Shown: piece by piece, positions 1-14,099 of the stretch
Position numbering within the stretch: position 1 is the stretch's first letter
Layout of the letters: every line of letters begins with the position of its first letter
Origin: Stegostoma tigrinum
Taxonomy: Eukaryota
Length of the DNA: 64,000 bases
Direction: 5' to 3'
Assembly (NCBI RefSeq): GCF_030684315.1
Contig: NC_081379.1
Location: 29,527,947 to 29,591,946, forward strand
The notes under the pieces: model-generated
What the model was told of the DNA's origin: nothing
The model's input: only the letters and a program-made list of their open reading frames with translations
Database searches by the model: none
Position numbers and translations under genes: made by a program

Positions 1-1059
1 AAGCAATACTTGTTTAAATTATGCAGTTCCAACAGCAGTTAGTGGGAAACCAGTTATCAGACAGTGATTACACTATTATCAATGTAATCTGAAAGACTTT
101 CTAAAGCAAAACATCAAAGCAGAAATGGCTCTAAAAATGTAAATGATATGTCAAGGAAAGTAAACAACTATTGTCTGAAAATAACTTCCATATGTAACAT
201 AAAAACAAACTGTTCTCCAGAGGCATCTTTTAATTACAAATCTGTACACTTGAGTAGCCAGGACTGATGACTATGTTTCATGTTGCATATTATTAACAAA
301 CTCATCCACCAACTCATACTTGTATGTTTTCACTTGCTGATCAATTATTCTCATACTTTCTGAATGAATGTATTACTTTTCATATCCATTCCCTGATTGA
401 GCATTGGCTTCCCATAACTCTTTGCCCTTTTAGCAGGTCATGTTTGCAGAGCGTACCCATCAATTGTACAGCTGTTCAATATGCCCAATTGTTCAATATT
501 TTAAAGTAAGTATTATCTATGTTTGATTGTTTTGATAACTGAGCCACAAAGTCACATCAGGTTAATGACAACTTATTAAAGTCTGGGATGAGTTTTTTTG
601 GTAGCTTTACATCCTGGAGAAGAGTAACACATGCAACATGCTCACAGACTACCAACGTGTAGTTGTGACTAATTTTGGTTGATCAAGCTATTGGCATGTT
701 TTGAGGTTTTAGGCCATTTTCACAGCGATTACATTAATTACATTTAAACGTATATTCCAAATGAAGGAACTCTTCAGAGCCCAGCATCTCATCACCAAAA
801 ACCTTTATTTCCAACTGTATAGCTTTTGACAATACCACCGTCTCTCACTGAGTCAAACATTCAGCAACTCAGTATCCCTGACCATTCATCCTTTAATGTC
901 AGCCCAGGCTCCCTGTTTGGACCAGATCACCAGCCACAATCAGGGAACTCCTATTCCCTGATTGGGGAAAAGAGGTCCAGCTGCCTGATCTTGTTACAAT
1001 CAAATTAAAGTGAAGTGCCAAATGTTCATGTTCCTTCTTACAGACATAGCATAGTAAAG

Positions 1060-2240
1060 TAGAAATAGAAGCAGGAGTAGGCCATTTGGTCCATTAAACT
1101 TTCCCTGCTCCTCAATCAGATTATGCTGATCTGACTGTGGTTTCAAATTGATCTTCCTGCCCTCCCTCAGTAGTCCTTGAAAACTTTGTCAAGCAAAAAT
1201 CTGTCATTCTGAGCCCTCAATAAATTTAATATTCCAGCCTCTATTTTTTCCTGTGGAAGAGCACTCTGAAGACTGAGATAAGAAATTCCTCCTCATTGAT
1301 TTTTAAATAGGGGAGTCTTCACTTTTAAATTGTGTCCCCATTCTAGGTAGCCCCACTTAAAGAAATATCCTCTCAGCATCCGCACTCTCTGAGAATCATA
1401 CCTGTTTCATAAGATCACCTTCCATTCTCCATAAACTCCAATGAGAATGAGCTGATGCTACTTAAGCTTTCTGCTTTGGACAACCCTGTCGTTTCAGGAA
1501 TCAGCTGAGTGAGCCTTCTCTGAACTGCTTCCAATGTGCACATACCCTTCCATGGCTAAGGAGGCCAAAATTGCACAAAATACTCTAGTAGAGGTCTCAG
1601 CAATGTTCTGTGCATTTGAGGCAAGACTGTTCTAGTTTTATACTCCATCCCCATTGCAATAAAGGACGAAATTCCATTTGCCTTCCTAATTACTTGATGT
1701 ACATAGTATCTTAATATTTTATAATTCATGCTCAAGGACAACAATATCTGCCTATACTGCAGCATCCTGCATCTCTCATTTGACAATATTATATCTTTTA
1801 ATTCTTCCTGTGAAAATGGACAGCCTCATATATTCACTCATTAGATTCAACCTGCCAAATTGCCTACTCAGACAACCTATCTATAAATCTGTGCATACTC
1901 TGTATGCATCCCTTAATGTATTTTCCTATCTTTATATTGTATTAAATTTAGCTAAAATACAATTGGCCTCTTCATCTAAGTTATTAATATAGATCAAAAT
2001 AGTTCAGAACTCCACAGTAATCACTCTGGCACTTTGGTCACGAGAGCCATGAGTGAAAATAACCTATTAATTCCCATTTGCTCTTCTTGTTAGTTGACTA
2101 GTCCTCATTCTATGCAAATGTATCACCGTCAAAAACATGAACTCATCATCTGCAATAATCTTTCATTTGGAATTTTATTAAATATCTTTTGGAAATCCAA
2201 TATATTACATCTATTGGTATTCCCTTCTCCACCCTGCTTG
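1060..2240 (-). mobile_element. Old CR1 LINE 3' fragment (ORF2 C-terminus and 3' UTR)
   Basis: Minus-strand translation gives HRTLLRPLLEYFVQFWPP, matching the CR1 ORF2 motif YxxLVRPxLEYCVQFWSP. The CR1 3' tail appears as agaagcaggagtaggccatt at ~1067-1087. Many stops. Confidence 0.8.
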
Positions 2241-2244
2241 TAAT

Positions 2245-2400
2245 AACATACAAATTAGGAACAGTATTAGGCCATTCAGCCTTACAAGCCCATTCCACTA
2301 TTCATTAAGACTATGACTGATCAATGTGTTCTAAATTTCACATTCGCATCTACCTCCAGTACCCTGTGATTGCCTCGCTTAAAAGAATCTTTTTCACCCA
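2245..2400 (-). mobile_element. CR1 3' UTR fragment
   Basis: aggaacagtattaggccattcagccttacaagccc resembles the reverse complement of the CR1 3' hairpin/tail seen in other copies (29765, 32345). Confidence 0.55.
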
Positions 2401-2419
2401 CAATGAACACTGAGAAATT

Positions 2420-2580
2420 TGTCAAACAGAACTCCCTTTCACATAGCGGTACCTACACCAGAAGGACTGCTGCAGTTCAAGAAAGCAGCTCGCTAATACT
2501 TTCTCAAGGGCAACTAGTGATGAACACCAAATGCTGTCCAGGTCAGCGATGCCTACTTCCCATGATTGGATTAAAAAGAA
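2420..2580 (+). mobile_element. 3' end of CR1/L2-group LINE (same family as 12365-13770)
   Basis: ggactgctgcagttcaagaaagcagctc...ctcaagggcaactag...aaatgctg matches 13665-13745. Confidence 0.6.
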
Positions 2581-4779
2581 GGGCAATTCAAAAGTTGAGA
2601 TTCTGCAGAAAGAACTTGTCGCTTGATTTTGCGTTGGCTTTGTCTAATCAGAAAGCTTTTCAATTCTGCCCATTGCCAGTGCCCACATGAAGCATGTGCA
2701 AGTTGCATGTTATCTATTGTATGACTGAGGTGGATCATAGTGATGTCCTTTTTACACTATTGTATGGCTAGCTACTGGTAAGTGAAAAATTAAATGTCAG
2801 AGTTAAGAACTGGCACCATTGAATCAATGATGCTCTCTATACCAGAAATTTGTAATATCCTGGGGAGGGCAGTGGAAAATGGTCATTTATTTGACCGTAG
2901 TTTCTCTCTACCATGATACTGAAGGATTTCCAGGATTGAGGAACTACCAGGAAATTACTGTTTATTTTTCATTTTCCCTTGTGTAACTTTTCATTTTTTT
3001 TTAAAAGTCGATGTTCAGTTGTAACTTGTCAAACATATCTGGAGGAAGGTGACACAAAGTCACAGAAAACTATTCTCCATGATCCTTTTCTTCCAGTCAC
3101 TTTTCTATTCTAAGGCAGTGACTCATGCTGGGCTATTTTTCACAAGAGATTGCAGTCCGTCGGTACCTCATTCAAATAGACATTTTTGTTTGGGACCCAA
3201 GATAGTCAACAGATTATTTCATGATGGTGGTGTCATAGCAGGAGGACAGTTATCTCTCTAAGTGGCAATAACCTCAATCACTGTTACAAGCAGACAAAAT
3301 CTTGGTTAAATATTTCATCTAAAAGATAGCCTTTTTAAAAATACAGTATTTCTTCAATAATGCCATGATATGTCAGCTTAGATTATGTGCTCAGTCCTGC
3401 ACTGGAGCTTGAATGCATAAATCTGAGATGAGAGCATAACAAACTGAACATAGCTTAGCATTGGAATGGGAAGCTGATATTATTAGCCTAGAGGATCCTG
3501 AGGCCATTAAATGGCTTTGTGTTTGAGAAAGCTGACAGCTGTCTGCATGTAACCTGGTTTGTGAGTGTGTGCGTGTGCGCGCTATGGTTTTGTCAGCTGT
3601 TAGCTAAGTGAATATGGACTGGGATTTGGACCCGGTCTGTACAGCTGACTATCACGTCACAAGAGCATTTATCCACAAAATCATAAACTCATCCTTTCTA
3701 CACTTTTAATGACATCTCAGCTCACTTATGTAGGCAAACTCCTTCACCTTGTTCCCCAAGCCAAGGTCATTATTTAATTGTTGTAAGGATGTACAGATCA
3801 CCTCTGGTAGCACAAGCCTTTTGTACCGTATGCATTTTATGCACCATTCTGGCTGCCAGTGAGAAATGAAGACTTACACAATTTGGTGTTTAAGACTGAT
3901 ATCACAATAGGCTAGATATCCTCCAGCATCATTTTGCCTGAAGGATGCATCATACATATGTATCATTAGGCACTTACTGTATAAAGCTAATAAATTAAAC
4001 ATTTGTTTTATGTATTTTTCTTCACATAGGGCATCTTTTTTCTCCCTAACAAACGGCATGGGCAATGGTTGGAAATGTGGCAAATTTCAGCAAAAAATGG
4101 AAAAAAATCAGAATCTCGACTGATAAAATATATTTGATTTTGCCCTTAACTTTAATCTGACTAACAAACAGTGACTACATTATTTCCATGCATTGGTGTG
4201 TAATTAATACTACAACTTGCCTCATTTCTGTGCAGCTTCCAATTCTCTTTTCTCTCCCTGACAAAGTAGATGGGGCTAATTCCTGACATGAAAGCATTTG
4301 ATGCTTACTTCTCCAACCTTTCATCCATGCCAATCTTTATCACAATATCTTTACATGCTCCATGGACATTGTCCTCTTTCACCCTTCATCCACGCAAGTC
4401 AGCATCAGCAAACCACCAGCCTCATTTCATCATTGTTGGGTCACTATCAGTCCTATAGGTCAAGTCCATTAGTCTGGGAGTCACATGTAGATCAGTTGAG
4501 TGCGGTAGAAATGTAGCCTTGGGGGTGGGCAATGAGAGGTAGGGAGAGAGCATGTGTTTTGGAAGTGGATGCATGAACTGGTGATACAGGCAAGGTGTTG
4601 AGGTGTTTCCATTGAGTGAGTAGGAGGCACAAACTATACAAAGGGTTAGTTGTCTGGGAGGATGAGGTGGATAAGAACTGTTGAGTGAAAATAAAGCATG
4701 TAATGATGATGGTTGTATTCCATGAGTTTTGGTGAGAGTAGTGGCAGAGTGAGTGATGACCCTGAGTGTAAGGTAGTAG

Positions 4780-4972
4780 AGAATGGATAGCGGCACATTT
4801 CCTTGTGTTTCACCCACGCTGACCCAGGCCACTATCTCAGTCTTGGCTAGCAGTATGGCCTCCTTTGACACTCAGCAGGATGCAGCACAAACCCCCTTTC
4901 CATCATGCCATCCGCCAGCACCTTCAGGTCCCTGTTGGTAAACCAAGGAGCTTATCTCCCACTCTGTGCCAT
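4780..4972 (-). mobile_element. PIF/Harbinger Myb/SANT-like gene relic
   Basis: Minus strand from ATG at 4972 reads MAQSGR*APWFTNRDLKVLADGMMERGFVLHPAECQRRP. This fits the N-terminus of Harbinger Myb/SANT (NAIF1-like) proteins and parallels 55850-55940. Confidence 0.6.
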
Positions 4973-6597
4973 TTCCTGAGGGAAGACAGTGCAGGGCACT
5001 GTGTGAAGGGCAGTAGCTGACTTGCAGCATCTGAAGTGATGCACACCTGGAATTTAAAAGTAGCATCAATGGTGCGAGAGTCACAAGGGCCTGACAGCAT
5101 GACCTCTCTCCATGAGAGGAGTGATGTTGAGCCCAGAAGCTTTAATGAGTGAGATGAAAAGTGGAAGACTCCTGCAGCAGAAGAGTTAACGTGGGTCACA
5201 ATACACACACTTTCACTGTGCTCATGCATTCCTATACCTGAAAACACGACATTTATTACATTGATATTTTGAAGCTATGTTCAACTACATATCTGTATTT
5301 GGTAGTGAAGTCCCTTAAAATAAAATTTTACAATACAGAAGGGGGGCCATTCCACCCATTGCATCTGTACCAGTTCCTGAAAGAGCTATCCTGCCAGTAC
5401 CATTCTCTCGCCCTATCTCCATAGCCCTCTAAATTCATTACTTTCCTTGGAATTCAAAAGTGGTAATGTTTAAAAATGAAAGCAATGAGGTTACAGAGAC
5501 TCCTGAACTGTGATGACAAGGCTATTACATTCTTGACTAATGACAAGAATTGCCTCCTTTAATGGAACATTCATGTAAGTTTTGAACCCCGAATGGCATA
5601 AATTGGACTTGCATATTTAAAAGGATCACTTTGCCAACATACATTAGGCTAAATGCTACAAATCTTAGAAGTCTTAACAGGTGGAATTGTTCAATTATTT
5701 TGTGAACAAATAATCTTTCCAAACACACCTGTAAATGAAAATTAAAAATCCTTTCCTAAGCAACGTAAAGATGTGACACAGCATTTTGCAGTTTTTATTT
5801 GCACAATATATCCAAAAGATAACAGTTTTGAGATTTTCAACATAGAAGGATCTAAGTTGCTTTTTTTGTGGGTCACACAGGCACACACATTATTGAACAT
5901 TGGGGGATGATATGTAAATTTTGAAACTGTTTCTGTTAATCAACAAATTTTGTGATGTTCCTGGAGTCAACAGTTCTTGGATTTGTAATTTTGAATTTAT
6001 GCATTAGTCAGGGTGGGATGGAAACCACCAGATCCTAGTGAAATTTCAGTATCTATGTAACGTCCCACCAAAAGCAATAGCAGGCATTTATTTTAAAAAG
6101 ACTAGTGCTCTTGCAGGCACGGGAAAACTCACCAGGAATAGAATTTAAAGAAACAATTAGTAAGAGTGGGATGTTTTAATGGGGGTTGCAAACTGAAGGC
6201 CAGTGGAGAGAAGGGACTAAAGGTTGTGTTTTTTTATTTCTGGGTAAGGAGTGCATGACTTTTCAGTCTGCCCATGACCAGTCCAATTGAAGTAAACGTC
6301 TTGTGAATGTCATACTATCTCTTTGTTAGAACCATATGGGCATATAGCTGAGTGTGACCCATGCTGCTGGCTTACTGGCTGCACAGCAACAGGTTTGTCA
6401 GCTTACATGGCTAGCAGCAGTTCTACCCAGCCTGTATATGAAAGCATCTTACCTTATTCATTAGAAGCAACTACTGCTGATTGTCCTGTGGTGCAATTAA
6501 GCGTAAGTCGATGTTCAAGAATAGACCCCCAATAAAAAAGCTTTTAATTTTGTAGGTATGATGTTGAGATCTTAGTGATGAAGGCCAACAGGAGGAA

Positions 6598-6600
<3 letters not shown>

Positions 6601-6631
<31 letters not shown>
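6601..6631. repeat. (GT)15 microsatellite
   Basis: Directly visible perfect dinucleotide run. Confidence 0.98.
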
Positions 6632-6632
<1 letters not shown>

Positions 6633-9600
6633 CGCGTGCAGCACTGCCTGAGGGCTGCTGTAAGAACATCCCTCACCAGCCATGCTGCAGTCATGGGGCA
6701 GAACAATGCAGGAGAAGAAATGGCTGGAGAACTCCATGCATGGCACGACATAGAACCATAGTCTTTTTAGTAGTGATAGTCTAAATGCTAGTGATTCAAT
6801 CACTTACGTTTCTCAAGTGACCTCTCAATAAAGATTACAAAGTGTGAAGCTGGATGAACAGATTTGTCTGCTTAGCAGGAAGCTATACTTGTAACAGTTT
6901 CTGGTGCTGGGATGCACAAAGGCATTGAGGGTTGCATGATTATGTGGCATTTCCATAGTACTTTCCATAGCTTCAGAATGTCCCAAGTTGTTTCACAGCC
7001 AATGACACACTTTGGAATTACAATCACCATTGTATATAATAGTATACATTTTGTGTGGCATTTGAAACAGAAATATGATAAAATCCAAATAATCCATCTT
7101 AATGGTGCTAGTCGAGAGGCAAATGTTGATTAGAACATTTGGAGAAACACATTGCTTTGCAATTAGTATCATTAAGTCTTTCAAGTCTACTGGAGAAGAC
7201 ACACAGACCTTGTTGACACTTCTACAGGATCAACCCAAACCATATGCATAGGTGGGGGTCCTGAGGTCAAGTTCCTGATTCTGAAGCAAGATAATGCTGC
7301 CATTAATGCAAGGATTGTGAGAAAAAATTCAACAAACAAATTCCAGTTTCTTTCTTAGCTACAACAGTAACTTTTAATTTTGAAAGAAATTTTCAAACAA
7401 AATAAAACCCTCAAATTGTTACCATTTGGTAAAAAATGTGATTCAATTTAACCATCAGAATTGTATTTTATCTGCTTTAATTCCTCTGGCAGCGGCAGGA
7501 AACACCAAAAGCTTCACAGGCAGGGCCTGGGGAATGTGGAAGTCAAATGTAGTTCAGGGAGAAACAAGGGTGGACAGTGTTGAAAATGGAAAGTGCTTCT
7601 CTGCTTGAATCATGATAGGAGAGGCCCGGGATAGTGGGTACCCGGGGAGAGGTGGAGGTGCCTGCTTGTAATAAATTGAAGTATATTAAGCAATTTGATA
7701 GAGAAGAGGAAACTAGCCCAGAAGTTGGGTTTGCCCCAGGGAAAGACTGTAGACTCACTTACTGTGGTTATGACCTGACTTTTTTTTAAAATCAGGGTGA
7801 AGAGGTAATCAGGAGGATGAAAGCAGGAGTTAAGAGGTGACAGTGGACCAGTTAAAGCATTAAATAGGCTTGCCTGTATTAGAAGGAATGATAGCATAAA
7901 TGTACCCCACCAAACATTTTAACTTTGGCAAAGTTGAGTGGAGCTGTCTAAGAGGCCACAGTAGACACCTTGCAAATTTGAAGTGGTCTGGTAACAGGGC
8001 TGACTGAAGAAATCAGGCAGTGATTACCTTTGTAAAATATGAGAGTTAAGTGCATTATTGCTGGTGAAAATATTACTGCCCTTCAATCTTGCTTCATTCA
8101 GTTTTATGAAAATCTGAAACCTCCCACATGTTTGCTGTAATGCCATTGGATTAGACCTTCATCTGGGTGTGCTTTTGAGTCCAAACTTTGCCATAGCATC
8201 TTAACCTCTCGTGCAACTTACCGATATCTGTTGTATCTACACACAATGCTGTCCAAAATTGTGCTCAATTTTGCCCTTTCTTTTTACCTGCCACTCATCA
8301 CCTGCCTCATAAAACACATGGAACTGGTCCAGCGTTCCCCATTGGAAACCCAAAATGAGGGAACTGCACAACCAGTCACGCAGTACCCAGAAAAATATTA
8401 CAAATATAGCAGATTCTTTTTTTTCCCCAAAAGAGAGTCTATGTTTAATTCACATAAGAACATGGGAGTGTACAAAATGGTCTTGGCCAGGAATGTAAAC
8501 AGGATGAATTCAATTTTCTGCATTTAAGTGGTGGAGCCTACATTCACTTTTGTTGTCATGAATGAAATGAAAATGGGCAGAAGGTATAATGGGCAATATC
8601 ATTCCTTTACATCCCTGCCTTTGTATAATTTCACCCTAAATAAATAGATTGTTGATGCCGACTTTCTCAAAGTATCAAGACATATTGAAGGCTGGAAGAG
8701 AATGTAGATCGAATAAATGTGGAGCTTATTACTATGACATAAACTATCTTGTCGATGTCTTTTTAAATAATGTGATATTTCTCAGCATTATTAACCATAG
8801 AGGCACAGCCCTTGAATGACAATGTCTCTGATTCCTGACGGAATTTATCACTAACAAACCGCATGATTCTTAATCTGTTCTCAAAAGAGCATCATCAAGC
8901 TAAAATGTATTTACAGATTTAAGTACCATTAGTGACAAGGAGCATGCAATGATTGGTTTACAGACAAATTCATTTAATTGCAACTGCTCAAGAAGCAACA
9001 AAAATCAATGCTGGTTTGATATCTTTTTGCCTAAATTTCTCATACAGCCTTACAATAAGTGGCATCAAAAAATATACAACATAACATCCTGAAAATTAAC
9101 TTTGAATTTTTTTATGCTGTTTCAGAAGCAGACTTGTGTCTCTGTACTTTTTCATGAACAGAATTGTGGGTCATTTTCTGAGGCACCAGAAAAATATATT
9201 GAATGCTTCAAATCTTTCCACAGAGTGCTGTGAGCTCATTAACTTTGGCTTTCAACTGACACCTGGCTGGAAGGATTGCACTTTTGCACCTAAGCATTAC
9301 TTCAATAAGATCAATTATTTTACTTGCAGGCTTTTGCTTGTCTGTCACAGTACTCATTCCTTTTCCAGTTGCTCGAGTTGCTTGCTTTTCGGAGAATTTG
9401 AAATGCTGTGCCTCTTTGTGAATAGGTTTTGAATCTTCAATTACTTCCAAAGCATCCACTTTCCTACAAGTCACAGCTGATTTGCTGTTGAACCATCTTG
9501 AAATTTGACTTCCTTCCTCCCTCACTAATGCAGCACCAGCACAAACTGGGTCAAGCCAAATTCTCAGCACCTGGGCCATTGATTCCAATCAGATAACAGA

Positions 9601-9849
9601 GGCAAAGTCTTGGAATCAGAAGTGACAGGCTTTGCTAAAGGATAAATGCAGGAGTTGCAATTAACTTGATTGTGATAAAACTAACTTTTCAGAGTTGAGC
9701 ATGTATGAGGAAATAGTGCCATAGGAACAGTTGTATTAAAACATGAATTCCAATTAAGCAAGTTAGAAACAAACTAGTACAAAAGAATCCTTTGAATTTA
9801 AGTGAGTGCGCAATCGAGAAATTGTAGAAGACACAGCGTGGCATTGGAG

Positions 9850-9960
9850 GAACAAGACAGGCTTGGCAACATCAGAGGAGCAGGAAAATTAACGTTTTGG
9901 GACCCTTCTTCAGAAATGAAGTTATCTCTGATTCCAGCATTTGCAGTTCTTACTCTCTCT
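9850..9960. mobile_element. Degenerate Penelope-like pLTR fragment (inverted arms)
   Basis: Minus arm catcagaggagcaggaaaattaacgttttgggacccttcttcag carries a decayed hammerhead. It is followed by a plus-strand 3' tail ttatctctgattccagcatttgcagttc. Confidence 0.7.
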
Positions 9961-12364
9961 CATCAAGAAGTTATGCTGTCTTACCTCAGCATACTTACAA
10001 ATTTGTAGAATTTAAAAAGGCTACAAGCACTGAAACAAAGAGTTGCAAAATATATAGCTTTACGGTCCAAGATTTCTGTGGCATGTTTGCGTGTTGCCAG
10101 AATAAGTTTAACAGTAGATCAAGGCTGAATGCTTAGTAACCTTTCAAAATCATATAACATGCTGCAGCTCTGAATCATTGATTTAGGCAATTGTCTGAGT
10201 CCAATTCCAGCATTCTAAATGCACTTTTGCTTCACCCACCAGATGTCTCCTATTCAGCACAACAAGCCTAATTAACTCATACTTCTTCACACAGGCAAAT
10301 AGATCAATAAAGGAATAAAACATAAGTTTACACTCTGAAGATACGAACTGCATAAATCAAGATGCTTTGGCTATTTTATCATGCATCCAAAAGGTTCTCA
10401 ACAGAATCTGAGCCACTTTATCATATTTTATTGATAATGTTGTGCTTGTGGGAATATATGTCTGCATGAATGTAGCATTTCCCTTGGAATTCTGGTTGCT
10501 CTGGGCGAACCATCTGGTGTTATCTGTCAAGTGGTTCAAAAGGACGAAACAGATACCACAAGCATTGGAATGTAAAAGTGCTCTAATTCAGCTGCAAAGC
10601 TATTTCCACTCTAGCTGTATGTGAACAAGATTACAGGAGATCCCCTAGTATTATAATAGGTCAACACATATTTAGCAGATTAACAGAGTTTAAGGAGGGA
10701 ATCATCCATTGGGTGAAGTTATACATGTGACTGTAATGGTAACGATGCTGTAGTTAACAGTTTTGTTTTTTTTGAAAAAGTCAGACGACCACAAAAATAT
10801 AATTTGGAATGCGTAACAGGCATTGTTGAGATAGAAGAGGCATTGCCAAGTGAAATTTGGAGCAGCAAGTATGGTATGTTATTTGTTGAGGCAAGCCAGT
10901 CTTAGGAATCTTGCCTTTAGGAATTAGCTTTGTGAACCTATTGTGGAAATATTGAGTACATTTGGCTTGACAGTCTTTCTCATCTTTGTTTATGAATTAA
11001 TGAGAAGTGAAGTTTTAAAAAACATCCTGTCTAATACATTAAGTAATTTTCCATTTGAGAGATAGTGATTGAATTTTTATATACAGGTTTTTAAAATAGG
11101 CTTTCGGGTAGATTCAGTGTTGAGATCAAGTCAGTAGCCATGTTAATTCAGATCATTGTGCATTTTTCATTATCTCCCATCTATTGAGGTACCAAAATGC
11201 AGCTCAGCAGCAAGAATTTAGCTCAATGACTGGTAAATAGTTGAAGAAATAGGTACGTGCCATGATTAGAAAATTGGAAATTTTCAAATGATGGTTTTAC
11301 TTGCCAAAATCAGCAACCTTCATAGACAGTCCATTTGTGATTATGTCACAAAGTCTAAATAGAATTTTAGTGCCCTGTTTGACAGACACCATAGAAGATC
11401 TAACTCTCACCATTTTATTCCATGTAGCCTAAAGCCAAAGAAACTGTAACAAAGGAAACCACCCACTTCAAAGATGCAACCAGATTGTTAGACTGCCATA
11501 AAGTCCTAATGAGTTGTCAGTACTCAATAAGGGCAAACTGTAACCTTTGAGTTAAGTTACAAATTGAGACGAATTTTCTTTTTGAGCTTTTATGTATTGA
11601 AAAGAATGAGCTGTTGGGTGTTAAATAAGAAAAGCCCTTTGTCTGTGCTTCCAGTTCTAAATTGCATACTTCAAAGGGATTTGACTGCCTTCTTCTTAAT
11701 TACTTCATTCTCTTTGAAGTTGACAAATCGTCCTTCGCAATGAAATTCTGAATCCAGTAACTGCTAAATTTGTATGAATGATGTTTTTACTTTTTTTTAA
11801 AAAATAGCATCAGGTCAATACTCATTATATCAACCAGGTGACATGTTCTAATTCACTTCAGAGTGTCATTCTTGTATTTATGTGTTGGATATGTTCATGA
11901 TATTCAGTTTGTAGTGTCTTTGTATTTGCAATAATTCATTGCTGGGTTTATGTGAGCTTCATTAGGTGAGAACAATAAGGCAAATGTGCATTGAAACACC
12001 CGTTACATTAATGGAGTTTATCTTCTCATTAATATTCCATGGGGCTGTATTCTGAGTATTATCATCTAATCCTACATGAATGCTCAGAATATGCAGTATT
12101 GTCACAATTCAGAAAAATTGCCGTGCTATTTCTGGAGAATGAGTAACTTAAAATAAATGGATTTTCTTCCTTTGTTCTTATTGGTTTCAGTAGACGTGCT
12201 CCATATGAATGGCTATGACAAACATTAAGCATTTTTCATCCTTTGATTAGTTATTGAATTCTTCCTTGCTAATCATGTCACAACAAAGATTGAGTTGCAA
12301 GTTGTTGTGTAAGTTGCAGTGAACACACAACCCTTGGTTTAAACATGAGCAAAAGAGCTGAATT

Positions 12365-13770
12365 CCAGAAGTAAAGTGAGAGTGACGGTCCTTGATGTCA
12401 AGGCTGCTTATGACCGAGTGTGGCAGCAAAGAGCCCTAGCAAAACTGGAATCAATGGGTACCGGGGCAAAAGTCCCATCTATTGGAATCGTATCAAGCAT
12501 ATAGGAGGATGGTTATGGTTGTTGAGGATGAGTTATCTCAGTTCCAGGACATCTCTGCACAATTCCTCAGCGTAGTGTCCTGGAATATTTTCACTGCTTC
12601 ATCAATGACCATCCCTCCATCATTACATCAAAACTGTGGATGTTCGCTGATGATTGCATAATGTTCAGCATCCTTTACAACTCTTCAGATACTGAACCTG
12701 TCCGTGCTCATATGCAACAAGATCTGGACGATACACGTGATTGGGCTGACAAGTGGCAAGTAACATTAGTACCACACAAATGCCAGGCAATGACCATCTC
12801 CAATTAGAGACAATCTAACTATTGCCTCTTGACATTCAATGGTGTTACTATCGTTGAATCACCCACTCGCAACATCCTGGGGGTTAAAATTGATCATAAA
12901 TTCAAGTAGGCTTACTCTGTAAACATAGGTTCCAGAAGAGTGTCTGTGTGAGTTTCCGCTGGGTACTCTGGTTTCCTCCCACAGTCCAAAGATGGGCAAT
13001 TTAGATGGATTGGACCTGCGAAATTAGCCATAGTATTCAGTGATGTGTAGGTTTGGGGCATTAGCCATGGGAAATGAAGGTTTATAGGGATAGGGTAGGG
13101 CAATAGGTCTGGGTGGGATGCTCTTCAGAGGGTCAGTGTGGATTTGTTGGGCCAATGGCTTTTTCCACACTATAGAGATTGTATGGAAAGGGCAGGTCAA
13201 AGGCTAGGAACATTCGGTGAGTAACTCACCTCCAGACTCCTCAAAACCTGACCACTGTCTACAAGGAACACATCAAGAGTGTGAAGGAATAGTCCCCGCT
13301 TACCTGGATGAGTGCAACTTCAACAACACTTAGGAAACTTGGCATCATGCAGGACATAGCATCCTGCTTGATAGGCACTATATCCACTCCTTCTAGTACT
13401 GACACTCATTAGCAGCAGTGTGTACTGTCTGCAAGATGCACTGCAGAAATTCACCAACAATCCTTAGACAATGCCTTTTAAACCCACAGCTACTTCCATC
13501 TAGAAGAACAAGGGCAGCAGACAATGGGAACACCACCCCCTCCAAGTTCCCCTTCACGCCATTCACCATCCTGACTTGGAAATATATCATCATTCCTTCA
13601 TTGTCGCTAGGTCAAAATTCTGGAATTCTGTCCCTAAGGGCACTGTGGCTCAACCTACAGCACGTGGACTATAGTGGTTTGAGGAATCAGCTCACCACCA
13701 CCTTCTCAAGAGCAACTAGATGGGAGCAATAAATGCTGGCCAGCCAGCATAGCCTACATCCCACGAGTGA
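12365..13770 (+). mobile_element. CR1/L2-group LINE, decayed RT domain plus 3' end
   Basis: Plus-strand translation gives VRVTVLDVKAAYDRVWQQRALAKLESMG, PQRSVL, MFADDC and WADKWQVTL. The 3' end is caataaatgctggccagcc...catcccacgagtgaattaaagaaa. Confidence 0.85.
12935..13185 (+). mobile_element. HE1-type shark SINE, 5'-truncated, nested in the LINE
   Basis: gggtactctggtttcctcccacagtccaaagatg...aaattagccatagt...tttccacactatagagattgtatg matches copies at 30748 and 38439 and interrupts the LINE RT region. Confidence 0.8.
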
Positions 13771-14099
13771 ATTAAAGAAAGCTATTCCAAGGGTTAAAGG
13801 GGGCAGAAGGATATGTGGGAAGTTAAGGTCCCTTGTTTCCTGGGTAACATTACATTCACACTTGGTGCTGAACAGAGGAAGTTCTTTGTTGCCACAGTTG
13901 CTTGGAACTCTTGTATGGTCAGTTTGTTGCAATCAAGTTTCATACTGCTGGCATCATAGCTGTGGATTAAACAGCAGTCCAACAATCTATCTGCCAACAC
14001 ACTGTTGGTGTTATTGAGCCATCAGCCCAAGGATATGACTGCAGTATCAAATATGAGGATGTCAGTAATCATCATCAATCAGTTAATGAACTTCACTCT

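Noticed and set aside
9208-9588. 126-aa minus ORF
   Set aside because: Non-ATG start, no recognisable domain, and no convincing splice signals.
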